Shown: positions 23,908 to 37,045 of the stretch, piece after piece | How the letters are laid out: each line of letters begins with the position of its first letter | Position numbering within the stretch: position 1 is the first letter of the stretch | From: Lama guanicoe | Lineage: Eukaryota | DNA length: 64,000 bases | Direction of reading: 5' to 3' | NCBI GenBank assembly: GCA_013239625.1 | Contig: MU053629.1 | Span: 406,676 to 470,675 of the forward strand | The notes under the pieces: generated by a model | What the model saw: only the letters and a program-made list of their open reading frames with translations | What the model was told of the DNA's origin: nothing | Databases searched by the model: none | Position numbers and translations under genes: made by a program

Positions 23908-24030
23908 CCATTCATCTGTTCATTCATTCAACACATATTGATCATCTACTATGTGCAGGTGGCCACGGTAGGCACTGTCTGTGCGGCCATGAAACTTACG
24001 TGAAGAAAGGACAACACCAAGTGAAAAGCT
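23908..24030 (-). mobile_element. L2 3' end
   Basis: TTCATTCATTCAACACATATTGATCATCTACTATGTGCAGG is the typical antisense L2 terminus. Confidence 0.65.
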
Positions 24031-24070
24031 AAGGAAGTGATCCGGTCTGACCTGGGTAGGCTGCTTCGTT

Positions 24071-24197
24071 CTGGAGGATCTAGTTAAAATGCAGACCCCG
24101 ATGGGGCTGATCTGGGTGGGGCCTGCGAGCCTGCATGTCTGGCAAGCTCCGGGTGTTGCTGCCGCAGCTGGTTTGTAATTGCACTTGGAGAAGTAAG
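24071..24197. mobile_element. MER5A-like DNA transposon fragment
   Basis: GTTAAAATGCAGA...TCTGGGTGGGGCCTGCGAGCCTGCATGTCTGGCAAGCTCC...GCTGGT...CACTTGGAGAAG. Confidence 0.7.
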
Positions 24198-24874
24198 GTC
24201 GAAGGTTCCGGATGCCCCTGACACTTGTCCCTGAGTCTGACTCTTGGTGAACTGCCTGAGGCGTGTGTCTGTGAAACCCCAGAGACCTGGTGGGAGTTTG
24301 TCTGGTTCGTCTCCTTCAGCTGCTTGAGACCGAGTGGTCTGAGAGAGGATCCTGACTGGCAAGTACGGGAGCCTGTTACCATCCCCTGTCCATGGCCACG
24401 TCCCTTGTTACTGTGGGTTGTGGTTTTGTCAGTGAAATGCTCCCTGAAGTACTGTGTTTCTCAGATGCTGGAGGTGGGCTCCCATGAGGTGTCCGCAGTG
24501 TGCCTACTCTGAAGTCGGCGTTTCTGAGCGAACTGAGGCAGTTTCTTGTTTTTAAGAGCAGGTTGTATCAGCGGCTAATGTGGAACTTCTGTGGGTTGTT
24601 GAGAAGAAAGACAAGATGACTATGTTGGAAGCTGAGAACTGATCATGGAAACCCCAGAGCAGGCAGAGCGAGGGTTTGAGGGGCTGGCAGGAGGGGGTCA
24701 GGGCGCTGCTGCCAAAGGGGGCGTCTTGAGACCATTGGTGAATCGATCCTGGGGGCTGTTCTCCCGAGATGCCAGTGTGTTGTTGCAGGCTCCGCACCGC
24801 TTCCCTGCTGCAGTCAAACCTTGCAAAGGCGTGTCGGCCGTTTAAAGAGGAGCCAGATTGATTCTCCACTTGAG

Positions 24875-25125
24875 TAGTTAATAGTCCTAATGGCCATTTA
24901 TGAAGTACTTACGACACATTAGGTATTGGGCTAAGTGCTTGGCACGGGGTCTTGGGCCTTACCGCTCCCAACAGCTTATGAGGCAGGTAGTCACCATTTT
25001 ACAGAGGACAGGATTGAGGTGGGGGGATGAAGGAACTTGCGTGGGGTGTCTAGGGGCACGGTGTTCGCTGCCAGTGGTCCCGAGAGTCAGGGCTACAGCT
25101 TAGTCCTGGATGACTCACAGCTAGA
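24875..25125 (-). mobile_element. MIR SINE
   Basis: GCTAAGTGCTT...CAACAGCTTATGAGGCAGGTAG...CCATTTTACAGAGG is the antisense MIR core. Confidence 0.7.
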
Positions 25126-25513
25126 GGGAGAAGTTGAGGGGCCAGGTTGGTCCATTGTTTTTTGAAGACCATTCGCTGGCCACTTTGTGGGATTCCTGTA
25201 TCTGACCACTTCCGAATAACCTTATTCTGCTCAGGGTTATTTTGTCTATTCTGTATCAGGTACACAATTCTAGAGCTTAATGGGTTTTAAGTGTTGAATT
25301 AGGTTCCTTGATTTTGGCTCGTGTCTCTGCTGAGTTTGTGTATATGGTAACCACTCACCAAATGCAGAATTCAGCTGAACCCACATAATTAGGCTTCCGA
25401 GGCAAGGGATGCACTTTGAAGCTCATGTTTTAGGCGACGCGGGAACTGTGCTATTAGGCTTATGTTGCTAACTCTGTGTCACTACATCCATGCCCACACT
25501 GCCCTGCTGAAGA

Positions 25514-26134
25514 TGATACAGGAAAATGGGGCGTGAGAGGATGGCTGTGTCCTAGGTCTCAGGTGAGTGCCTGGGATGTGCCCCGCCAAGTAAGAGTCCT
25601 TGGCCGTAGTAGAATAAAAGTAGATTTATTCAGAGAGATGCACACTCCATAGACCGAATGTAGGCCATCTATGAAGGCCAGAGAGGCCATGAAGTATGGG
25701 GGTGGGTGTTGAGTTTAAAGTAGTAGTTACACACTCTGTAGATAGAGTGCAGTCCGTTATCTCAGAAAGGAGAACAGCCATGATGTGTGGGGATTGTTGG
25801 TTTTTATGGGCTCGATAACTTCACATACTAAAAAGTGGGAGGATTATTCCAGCTGCTTTGGGGAAGGGGCTGGGATTCTGAGGAATTGGGCCACCGCCCA
25901 CTCTTTGACCTTTTATGGTCAGCATCGGAACTGTCATGGCGCCTGTGGGGGCGCCATTTATCATGCTAATGTATTATAATGAGTGTATAATAAGCTCAAG
26001 GTCTACTGGGAGTCAGATCTCCCACCATCTTGGGCCGCAAGGTCAATTGCGAGTTGAATTCTTTGCCATCTTGGTGCTAATTTGCTGTGTCATTCCTTTA
26101 ATGGCTGTGCCCTGCCCTCTTCCCTCCTGTCTCA
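25514..26134 (-). mobile_element. ERV1-like solo LTR (~620 bp)
   Basis: Inverted termini TGATACAGGA...TCCTGTCTCA (9/10 match); minus-strand AATAAA at 25625-25630; diverged internal duplication (CACACTC...GCCATGA..TG.GGGG twice); no clean TSD seen. Confidence 0.78.
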
Positions 26135-28032
26135 GAGTGGTAGGGTGGGCCCACCTATGAAAGTGTGGAATTGAATCTTGAGAAGTGAGAAGACCAGCTC
26201 CTTTGCACTTCTTTAGGCTTTTGCATCCGAGTCAAGGGTCCGGAGCTAGTGGGAGCTGGACTCAGCTCCAGCTCTGCAGTGGGTAACCTTGTGCTCATGT
26301 ACGTCCACCTGGGCCTCAGTTTCTCTTGCAGGCATCAGTGTCTAGTAGGTCTGCTTTCTGGGCCTGTGTTCTCAATGGTGCAAGAAAGGAATTCCTTGGC
26401 AGAGAGAATTGTTTTAGATATGATGTTCTTCAAGCAGTGTGTCCTCATCCTGGCCACTCGTTCTTCAGGGACTGGCTGGAGTGTCCTTTCCACCCGTGTC
26501 TGGCTGCATTCCCTGTAGTTGAGCTCTTCGCCCGGGTCTGAAGCCGATTTTTTTATCTCTAGAAATGAGCCCGTTGAGGTCAGAGATCATACTTCATCCG
26601 TCCTGTGTCCCAGGGCCCGGCGCTCAGCCTGGGGCTCCACAGACGTTTGTTAAATGAACCCAACAGTGTCATTTCCTTCTTCCCTTTGGTTAACAGTGTA
26701 TGTGAAGAGCCATGACTTAACAAGCACTGCTGATTAATCCCTGAGCAAGCAGGGTGGTGGTGACAGTGGTCAAATGGGCCTCTGGCCATTAGAAGCCTTC
26801 ACAGGTGAACACAACAATAGGCATTTTCTTGTCTTTTGTGGACTTCAGAAGTCTTCCTCTCTGGGGTCTTCAGTTGTTTTCAGTCATGGGAGAGAGCAGA
26901 TGGGGCGGAGGGAATTAGATGGAAAAAAAAAAAGCATAGTCTTTGCTGTAACAGAATTTGTTAATATTTTTTTGAGATGGATTTTTACTTTACAAAGGTA
27001 GAAAAATAATTGACAACCCGTTGGTATTAAAGAGAAAGGAAAGCTTTGTACTGAGAGAGCAGCTTCCCCCATGATGACACTCCTCCCATTGGTAACCCAA
27101 GTCAAGGTGTCTTTTTGGCCTCTATTTCTTGCTATAGGTTGCCCCTCTTGGTACCAGATGTACTTAAAGAAAAACAAAAACTCAATGTAGCAAATTTTAG
27201 AATGCTGGTGGACAGAGATATAGGCCCCTCCCTGCTTCAAAGGCAATGATAAACAGTATTCAGATACTTCCCCTTTTGCCATCCTTGCTTCCTGCCTCTG
27301 CCTCCAGGCAGGATTCCATCAGAATCCATCATTCAGAACATCCCAGCCCTAGAGCCAGCATGACTCACAGGGCACATGGGGTTGGAGGCACAGAAAGATT
27401 CTGCCTGTAGCCCACAGTTGAGTGCCCGTAGGTACCCCTATCCAGCTCACTGGGATGTTCTGATCCACTTTACTACCTTGTCTGAAATAGTGGGTCCATG
27501 GTGCCATCCACTCACAATTCTTTTCCTTATGTGGGACCCTCAGAGGCATGTTTCTCTTTATTGAAAAAGAGAAACCTAAAAAGCATGATGTCAAATTACA
27601 GGAATGACTGAGAATTTGCCAGTTTTCACACGTTCTCCCTTTCGATAGACAGAAGTCTTAACTGGTTCAAGAACAGTGAAGGATACTGTTGATACCGTTT
27701 GCTTTTTGTGAGAGAGAAAAATATTTTCAAGGTGATTTTAGTACCTCATGACCTTTTCTGCAAGAGAGCATGTTTTTCAAAACCAAAACTAAAATAGTAT
27801 AATAAAGTTTTGTGTCATGTATTTTAAAAACTCATATCATGAACATTGATTCTGTGCTAAAAAAATTTTGTCCCATATTGAAAGACTGCATAGTATTTCC
27901 TTATGTTAATTATTATACATTATTTTTTACATATTTCTTTATGTTAGTTATTATACCTTATTTTTTACATAAAAAGATAAATTATATAAACTTTCATTCT
28001 CCTGTTGCTGGCTGGGCTTCTGTTTAAAAAAA

Positions 28033-28592
28033 ATTTTTTTAATTGAAGTATAATCAGTTTACAGTGTTATGTCAATTTCTGGTATATAGCATCATGTTTC
28101 AGTCATACATAGACATACATATATTTGTTTTCGTACTCTTTTTCATTACAGGTTACTACAAGATATTGAATATAATTCCCTGTGCTATATGGAAGAAACT
28201 TCTTGTTTATCTATTTTATATATAGTAGTCAGTATCTGCAAATCTCGAACTCCCAGTTTATCTCTTCCAACTCCCTTTCCCTCATGGTAACCACAAGTTT
28301 ATTTTCTGTCTGTTGAGTCTACTTCTGTTTTGGTAAATAAGTTCATGTGTTTTTTTTTTTTTCTTTCAGATCTCATATACGAGTGATATCATATGTTCGT
28401 TTTCTTTCTATTTCTGGCTTACTTCACTTACAATGTTACTCTCCAAGTCCATCCACATTGCTGCAAATGGCATTATTTCATTCTTTTTATGGCTGAGTAG
28501 TATTCCATTGTATACATATATGTACACCACAACTTCTTTATCCAGTCATCTGTCGTCATAGGTTGTTCCCATGTCTTGGCTGCTGTAAATAG
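28033..28592 (-). mobile_element. Lineage-specific L1 3' end (5'-truncated)
   Basis: T-run then AATTGAAGTATAATCAGTTTACAG...ACAAGATATTGAATATAATTCCCTGTGCTATA...GGCTGAGTAGTATTCCATTG; similar to the copies at 31490 and 50253. Flanks resemble an older L1M remnant. Confidence 0.92.
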
Positions 28593-30631
28593 TTACCCTC
28601 CCTCTTCCCACCTCTTTTTGTGGGGGGATAATACTACAATGAGCATTTTTGTATTAGTTCTTTGTGGACCATGTGGGCATTTCTGTAGAATTTCAAGGTC
28701 AAAAGATATGCATCTTTAAACATTCACCTTTCAAATGATGATATGATTTAGGTTCCCAACAATCGTGGCAGGGCCCTCACTAGCACAGTTATTAATCTTG
28801 AACATTTTTGTCATTTTGAAAGCTAAATATATAGAGGGCTCCAAAAAAATATGGCCATGCCAGGTCTGAACGTTAATAGGGCTTCAAAAAAGTCTCTGAC
28901 GTCTAGGGGTTGCCAGGATGTCCTTTCTGATTCTGTGTTGCAGCCTTTGAGGCCCCATCGTACTGCCGCTCTGGACTTGCCTGGTCCTCTCTGAGGGCTC
29001 CTTTTCTCTGCATCCCTCCTGTCCTTGTTTATACCCAGTGGTGCTGAGTGCTGGGGGAGGCTCAGGAGCGTGTGTTAAAACCCAGGAGAGAGGGAAGATA
29101 TGGATCAGGCTGGAGGTCAGTTCCCTTCCTCTGTTCTGGCTCTGAGGGAAGCTCCTTGGCATATGTACTGTGGCCGTGCTGGGCTGTCTGTGGCCGGGGT
29201 CTCCCGAGCACCCAGAATTACTGTGACATTTCAGAAGCACATTTCTGCGAGGCAGAGTCCTGGTCCCTCTGTCATTTGGCAGGCATCTGTGGCAGATCTT
29301 ATATTTAACAGGAGTGGCTGATGACAAGATGATAAAAGGCTGATAAAATTCCCTGTGTGGTGAGCTTTGCTGACCTGCTCACCCTAGAACAGGCTGCTAC
29401 CTTCTGTGCAGCAGCCGGTGCCCTGTCTGGCTGATCCCTGCACCTTGGCGCTCAGAACAGACTCTCTCTTGGGCCACAACCATTTCCAGTACAAGTGCTT
29501 GGTTGACACATGCTCTTTGCTTTAGAAGTGATGTTCTCTGTCTCTGGATGGATCTCCTGGGCATCCCACCTCGCTGGCTTCACTTTTGAGTGGATGCAAT
29601 GAAGATCATCAAAAGGAATCACAGCTCTTTGCTCCAGGGTCTGCCTTGGTTTGCTTTGACCTCTTGCCCCTGGAACTGTGGTTGCAGGGGTACACACTCC
29701 CCAGCTGTTGGTAGGATGAGGAAGCAGAAGCTACAAATAGGCTTTACTCTAAAAACATACCATCTTGACACCAGCCATGGGGCCTGGTATGAGCCTTATC
29801 AGCGAGACTGTAGAGTAGCTGGGACGGGAGCTCTTGTCCCCAGATGTTCTATTTAGTGGAAACACTTCAGTGATAAAAAATACCCTCAAACACCCTCCTG
29901 AGAGCAAAGGCCATCCATGAACTAGCTCCCGCTGCGTGGCTGGAGCTCATCCCTGCACCCATGGATTACATTTGGCAGCGTGTCCTCTGGCCACGCTGGC
30001 TCCCGGGAGATGAAGGGCAGTTGCACGAAGGAAACGTTAGGGAAAGTAGGGAGGTGGGAGGAGGGAGCAGGTGATCTTTGCGCAGCAGCTGCGTATCTAG
30101 GGCTGGGTTTGGGCTCTGCTGCCTTGAGGTCACAATCCAGCTGCTGCTGCTTGGACCTGCGCTGGTGAGGATGACTCAGAAATCTGGAAGGCAGCCGAGG
30201 TGATTTCACTACTGGATCAGAGGCAGCGCAAAAGCCCTCTGGGGTGGGCGAGGTTGCTGGGGAGCATTTACTGATCAAGTGGATGCGCTGTGCATACTAG
30301 TGTTCTGGGCCACTGGTATTTGCCAGTTACTGAGTAACTTGGGAGACATTTTACTTGTATTACTAAAAAAAAAAAAAAAGAAAGAAAGATTAGCACTCTG
30401 GTGGCAAAATATTGTACACAACAAGGGCAGATGATACTAAATAAGTTCAGACTGACACGGAGGTCATTGGTTTTGTGAGTTAATTACCTTTAGAGGTCTT
30501 AAATGGTCAAAGGCCAGCGGTTTTCCAGAGGTGCCCCAGGGGTTTCTAGGAGGTCCAGAGGAGGACTCTAGGCTCCACTAAACCCACCTCTCAGAAAGGA
30601 TGAAAACCTACTCATTTCCAGTTGAGGGAAT

Positions 30632-31076
30632 AGGTCTGGCTTTCTGCTGCTGCTGTCACACATGACCACAACCTAGAGACTTACAACATCGTAAGTCTAT
30701 TTTATCTTAGAGTTCTGCAGAAGTCTGATCAGTGGGCTAGGATCAAGGGCTGTTCCTTCTGGGAGCTGTAGAGGAGAGTCCGTTTCTTTGCCTCTTCCAG
30801 CTTGTAGAGGTCACCTGCTCTCCTTTGGCTGGTTTTCCCCATCTTCAAATCCAGCTACATTTTATCTCCTGACCGCAGCTGAGAAAGGTTCTCTGCTTTT
30901 AAGGACTTTTTTGATTCCATGGGGTCCATCTGGATAATCCAGGAGAAATCTTCCCATCTCAGGATCCTTAAGTGAATAATAACTGCGAAGTCCATCTTGC
31001 CATGTAATACAGCATACACACAGGTTCTGGAGATTAGGTCATAGACAGTGTTGGTACAATATTCTGTCTACCCACA
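30632..31076 (-). mobile_element. ERVL-MaLR solo LTR (MLT1C/D-like)
   Basis: GCTGCTGTCACACATGACCACAA...TTGCCTCTTCCAGCTTGTAGAGG...GGATAATCCAGGA...CAGGTTCTGGAGATTAGG...CTACCCACA. Confidence 0.82.
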
Positions 31077-31489
31077 GGGTCAGACGGGGATGGTAATTTA
31101 TCAGGTTTGCATGGAGGTGAGTGGCAGGAACAGGTCCAAGGACCCAGGTTTTCTGACTGGTCAGGGCCCAAGTCCTTTCCTTCCCACTGTTTTCCGCACT
31201 GTGTCATGCCCAGTGGAGGCTGAGTGGTCTCTGTCACAGGCTGCACCGTTCCCGGCAGCCAGTTTGTTCCTGGATACAAGGCTGTGGGCATGAGAACAGA
31301 AGGAGCTGTCCCTTCCTAGCATTGCAGCAGCAAGGGAGGAGGGGGAAGGGGTGGCCACATGCCATGTTCTCCCTTGCTGGGTCAGAGTTCATGGTGACTC
31401 TTGATCCCACTGTATTGATACTCTGTTCTTATCAAGGCTCCTTGTGCCAAGGAACAGAGACCCGGGAGAGCTAGCTAAAATGAGGTGGG

Positions 31490-31762
31490 TGAGAAGGGAT
31501 AAATTTGGGAGTTCGAGACTTGCAAATGTTAACCACTATGTATAAAAATAGATAAAAAAACAAATTTCTTCTGTATAGCGCAGGGAACTATATTCAATAT
31601 CTTGTAATATTGAATTCTTTAATGAAATGTAATTCTTTAATGAAAAAGAAAATGAAAACAAATATATGTGTGTGTATATATGTATATATGCATGACTGGG
31701 ACATGATGCTGTACACCAGAAACTGACACATTGTAACTGACTGTACTTCAATAAAAATAAAT
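31490..31762 (+). mobile_element. Lineage-specific L1 3' end (5'-truncated, sense)
   Basis: GGGATAAATTTGGGAGTTCGAGA...CTGTACACCAGAAACTGACACA...CTTCAATAAAAATAAA; ~12-bp TSD AAATGAGGTGGG (31478-31489) / AAATCAGGTGGG (31763-31774); small internal duplication AATTCTTTAATGAAA. Confidence 0.92.
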
Positions 31763-32254
31763 AAATCAGGTGGGCGGGGTCTGGGGGGCTTTCAGTATAG
31801 CTGCTGATTGCAGCCAACCTTTATTGAGTGCTTGCTGTGTACCTGGGAGATCACGCTGAGGACTCGCCGATGCGCTTGTCCGCGCTCAGAGACGCAGCTC
31901 TGGGATATTTCTGTACGGGGGCCCGCACACCCCTACTTATCAAAACCAGATGCACCCCTCTGCCTGCACTGCTATGGAGACCTCAGACCTGAAACTTCCC
32001 TCTGTTTTGCTCAGCGCCCCATGGCTTCCTGGTCCAGTCTGAGTGTCTCACTTTCTAATTCCTGGGAGATGAATCTGAGTGGCTGAGCTTGGACAGGCGT
32101 CCAGTTGACTTGGATGTGGAAGAGGGGCACAGCCCCTGGGTCTGTGGGTGGGTAGATGGTGACAGATAGGTTTACTCTGGGGTGGGGGCCTTGCCTTATT
32201 CAACAGATGTTACTGTGGAAATGCTTTGCAAATTGAACTTGGGTTTGTATTGTT

Positions 32255-32930
32255 TTCAAAAGACTTTAAAATAATCTCAGAATTATGAAAAGTAGTAAGA
32301 ATACAGAGAACTTCTATATAGCTTAACCTAAATTCATCAACTATGAATATTTTGCCACATTTGCTCTGTTGTTCTCTGTTACGTATTTTATCCAAACCAT
32401 TTGAAAGTTAACACATGTGACCTCTAAATACTTAAGCATGTCTTTCCTAAGAACAAGGACATTCCTTTTTGTAACTACAGTTCAATTAGTAAAAGACAGG
32501 ACCTATATCGTTGATTACTGTTCACTGTTACACTGTTGAATATACAGTTCATATCCAAGTTCTGCCACTTAACACAATAACATAATTTATAGCAATTCTT
32601 CCCCAACCTAGGATGCAGTCCAGCGTAATGCAGATCGTATTCAGTTGTCACGTCTCTGTTGTCCCTTTTGGTTGGGAACAATTCCTCTGCCTTTTTTTCT
32701 CTTTGACATTGGCTTATGCGCTTCAAAAGTATCATTTATGTTCTAGCAATTTGGATTTGTATGATAATCCTTCACGGGGAGATTCCTCGTGATTGGATGT
32801 ATTTTTGTCAGTAATGCTAAAAATGGCGTTTTGCATCTTTTTCACTGTATCCCATCAGGAAGCACATGATGTCATTTTGTCCCAACACTGGGGATGTCAG
32901 TTTCGACCCTTTGGTTAATGTGGTGTTGAG
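32255..32930 (-). mobile_element. Old L1 (L1MC-like) 3' fragment
   Basis: AATATTTTGCCACATTTGC...CCTCTAAATACTTAAGCATGTCTTTCCTAAGAACAAGGACATTC...ATCAGGAAGCACATGATGTC. Confidence 0.75.
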
Positions 32931-34390
32931 CTTGTGTAATTTAATCCATGGGTTCTAGAGAAGGTGAGCATTTAAAGAGGATCATCTCCTTCTTTAAAGC
33001 GCAGTCTGATTTGCAAGTGCTTTTTATGCATGGGACTTGACTGAAGCAGTCACCCTTGTTCTCTGCAGGGTGTGCTCCGGAATATAGGTAGAAGGGCTGA
33101 TGTCCTCAGAGCCCATGTGGAGGAAAAACCTGCTCAGGGTAGGAACAGAGCATCATCTCTGCCCTTGTGGCAGGAGTAAGGTCCACCCTGGAGACAGAAG
33201 CATAAAAGCCTTGTGAACAATGAGTTCCCTTTGACTGCATCTGGCCTGGCTGCCTCTGATTTATCTAGAAGCACAAAAGATAGATGAGGATGTGGGGAAA
33301 TTTCTCCTTTGTACACATTTGATAGTTGTGTAAATGCTAAAGACAGTGGTCCAAGCTGCTGCCACTGGATTTCTCTTGAGGATCTCCTGTCTTCTGACAC
33401 AGACTCAGTGAGCTGCTTTGGTTTGGTCAGCTTGCATGATATTTGCATACCAGGCATGTAAGCTTCTGGACCATTATGGGATTATGGGATTCCTTGTAGA
33501 CTCGAGTCTCAAGACTCAGGAGGCTGCCATGTGGGAAGGATGTGCTACTTAGAGCTCTGGACATTTTCAGTTTGATTATGGCCAGTATTATCTTCATTAA
33601 TGCTTCTCCAACTTCTACTTGATGAACTGTTTCATATTGGACGTTTGACCTTGCTGACCCCTAGAGCTGTTGTTCCCACTTTTTATTAAGAAGCAAACAC
33701 AGTAACCACATGCAATCTACTTTAGGGACAGTAAAATCGAAAAAAAAATTTAAAAAGGGACAAATGTACCTTTAAAAATGAAATATACTAAATGATCACA
33801 AACACTTATGATAAATAACAGTACATCTTGACTCACCTACCGAGTATGCTGCTAAAAAAAAAGGATTCTTACAAAGATTAAAATGCTTTATTTTTTCAGT
33901 TTTTTTTTTTAAATTTATGGCTTTATTTTTTTTCTCAAATAGTTTTTTGATTTGTTCTGGGAAGTTGTGATGCTTAAACTTCTTTGTGGGGTTATCCCTG
34001 TGTGACTTGGAACACATTCGTCCGTGTCATCAGAAGAATGATGACGGCAGGTCTTCACCACATCCCAGAGATAGCTGGTTGGACAAATAAATAGGCCTGG
34101 CCGTATATTCCCAGAGGTTATGCTTGTGCCTGGATTGGAGTAAAAATTATAGGCAGCCTTAGGAAAACTAGGTTTGGAGACATTCTATCTTCCCCTCAAG
34201 AATGCTAATAATTTAATTCCTTATCCTGTGCCCTGATAACAACAAAAACTTCTCAGAGTCGTGTGTGTTCTTATGTTTTAAAGATACTGATGAGTGTCAT
34301 TTGCTTTTCTACCGTACTTTAGCCAGCTGTGCATGAACTTTTTTACACTGAGTCATCTGTGGCTAACACAGAAGTGCTAGATAAATGTGG

Positions 34391-34540
34391 TCTGGTGGTG
34401 GTCGTGACGGGGAGGTCCGGTGGTGGTCGTGACGGGGAGGTCCGGTGGTGGTCGTGACGGGGAGGTCCAGAGGTGGTCGTGACGGGGAGGTCTGGTGGTG
34501 GTCGCGATGGGGCGGTCTGGTAGTGGTCGTGATGGGGAGG
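34391..34540. repeat. G-rich minisatellite, 6 x 25 bp, consensus TCYGGTGGTGGTCGTGACGGGGAGG
   Basis: Units start at 34391, 34416, 34441, 34466, 34491 and 34516, head-to-tail with no spacers. Confidence 0.97.
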
Positions 34541-35164
34541 AGGTTGGGGAGCTGAGGTTGGTGGACTAGGACTGGAATGTCCAGGACATGCGAAGAATAA
34601 GATTTTGAGAAGAAGAGCTAGAACAAATTAAAAGTAATATGCTGAAAAGATACTGGGGCCTCATTTACTTTGGTATCTTCCAGGAAGAGGGAATTCAGAA
34701 TGAGTGAGTTATCTCAGTAATTAATTGAAGGGTCCCCCAGTTACAGGTGAGACTATTAAGGTTTTCTGGCAAACGTCTGAAGTGCATTGTATACTTTCCC
34801 ACTTGAGAAGTAGTAGGTAAGTATCCTAATCTTACCTTTTTTCTCCTTTGTGACTCAGAATTCTGTGCTGGCTTGAAATAGTAGCCACTCTCCAGGCTGT
34901 TAGGGTACAGGGGTTGGTCCCCTCCCTCTGATAGGTCATATCTCATCTGACCGTCTGAGTCTGCCTCAGGAACCCCCATCCCTGTGCTGTTTGGACATGC
35001 CTTCAGGCAGGACTGAAAGGACCCAAGATGTACCTAATAACCAAGTTGGTAATTCTGGCCTCCTGGGAATTGCTCTCTTTGGTGACTTCGAGCACGTACG
35101 TGGGCTCAGTGATGGTTTTTAGTTTCCGCCTGGGGTATCTTCTCATGGCGCAGGGTTGGTGGCT

Positions 35165-35625
35165 GTTCTGTATCTGGGTCCTAGCTTACGAAGTCATGAC
35201 AATATGGCGAGGTCAGCGCCACTGAAAGAAGATTTTATTACTTAAATTTCCTGAGAGGAGGGGCCATGCCTTGTAGGAGGCATCAGGGTGGTCAGGAGGC
35301 AGAAGACAGGAGGGAGGAGAAAGCCTTGGCCAGAGTCCTTATTGGGATTGCCACAGGAAAGGCAGGGCAGGGCAGAGCGAACAGCCTGGTTTGAGTAATC
35401 CTGGCGGGCTTTGGGCCACGGGGTGGTCTCTAGGTGCCTGGTGCCTGGCCCTGGGATGATTTAGGGGCTTGGTGTTGGGTAAAGGAGGTGATAGTGGGTA
35501 TAGACTCAGGATTGGCTGGCTTCTAAGAACTGGCTGGCCCTGGGATGGGCAGCCTCTCCCCAGGGCTCAAAAGCCCCCCATGTCAGAGCATCAAGAATAC
35601 AGAAAACAAGAACATAGTTCACGTA
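35165..35625 (-). mobile_element. Old ERVL-class LTR (MER77/MER21-like)
   Basis: Minus-strand AATAAA (TTTATT near 35235) and GAATACAGAAAACAAGAACATAGTT-type terminus. Subfamily and boundaries uncertain. Confidence 0.5.
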
Positions 35626-36819
35626 GTTGGCCCTGTGGTGTATGGATGCCACACAGACAAATCCAGAGTCTAAGACAACGCAGTGAGAACAGTGGCCTCG
35701 TAACAGATGGGTCGAGTTGCTGACTGCCTGACTTCTACGTGCCTGTCAGATCACTGTGAGCTCATTAGCGCCCTTGGCTCTAACTCTGTAGTGCTGGGAG
35801 CTTTATGACAGTGGGATCCTCACTTCTCCTTTCTGCTAGAAAGAGGTGTCTCTGTCATCAGTGGAGGGTGTTTCCTGTGTTCTTGTTCAGGAATGCCCTT
35901 CAAGGCAGATGAAGCCTCATTTTACCAAGGGAAAATAAGCAAATTACGGGCCTCTGAGAAATGGGGATAAGGGAAGCCATGTTGGTGGGGAATGTGTTTC
36001 CCCCTCAATTTCTGGTGTGCATGTATATATTTCAGTAAGTGGCTAAATGTCCACCACATTGTCATTTTATGAGCAAGCTAAGTTATTCAGGTGCATCTTA
36101 CCACTTTTATTTACTGTACAAGTAGTAAATGCTATGACAGAAACGTTAGAAAATTCAGATCAGTAAAAATAAAAGTCGCCCTCATAATCCTGCTATCTGG
36201 ATATATCCTCTGTTTTTAAAGTATTAAATTCTTCAAGATGTGACTTTGCTTTCATAATTTTTTGCCAAAACATTTTCCCCCATAGCTTCCAGAAATTTTG
36301 AAATTCTCAGTTGCGAAATTCCTCCAAATTGTGAAATTCATTAATGAAAATGTGCAAATAAGATTTCATTTTGCATCGATCTATTCCAAATAATTGCCTT
36401 CTGTTACGGTGGAATTCACGTAATCACAGAGAAATTTGTCAATTCCTTAGTCTCTAATGACCCTCGGGAGGTGATCTGAGGTTGGGCTTTAGACAGAATG
36501 TAATAGCCCAGGACGATACTCTGGCCACCTTCTCGCCGTGTTAGCCTGGAGAACTTGGAGTGTTGGTGTGGCCCTCCTGTTAGGGGTGGAAGGATTGGAA
36601 ATCTGGACACTACTATTGCATTTGCTTTGTGTTCCCTTCTGCCTTCTTCGGGATGCTGGGTTAGGATGTTTGTAGTTTAGTAGGTGGAGAGCCGGATAAT
36701 TGGTGTAAATCATGATCTGGGAAGTCTGGTCCCTGAACAGCTGTTGGTCAGCTGCAGCGCTGATAACTCAGCAGACAGTTAACTTCCATCTGAGAATCAG
36801 AAATTGTGTCAGAAACGGC

Positions 36820-37045
36820 AGGGCTGTCACATAGATCTGGGTTTCCAGCATTGCCTCACCATCTAACCGCTGTGTGAGTGCCGGCCAGTTAGAAAGCACC
36901 TGAGCTTAGGTTTCCTCAGCTGTAAAATGCTGCTCACCTGTGCACCTGGTAGGATTGCTGTGAGAAGGGAGCCGAACAAGACGATGTAGGTGACGAGCCC
37001 ATCCTCATGCCTGGCTCTTAGTAATCGTGCAGTAAGATGCTGTCT
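36820..37045 (+). mobile_element. MIR SINE
   Basis: GATCTGGGTTT...GCTGTGTGA...CTGAGCTTAGGTTTCCTCAGCTGTAAAATG...ATGCCTGGC. Confidence 0.7.

Noticed and set aside
34391..34540. Regularly spaced 25-bp repeats as a possible CRISPR array
   Set aside because: Units are head-to-tail with no unique spacers, there are no cas genes, and the DNA is mammalian; it is a minisatellite.
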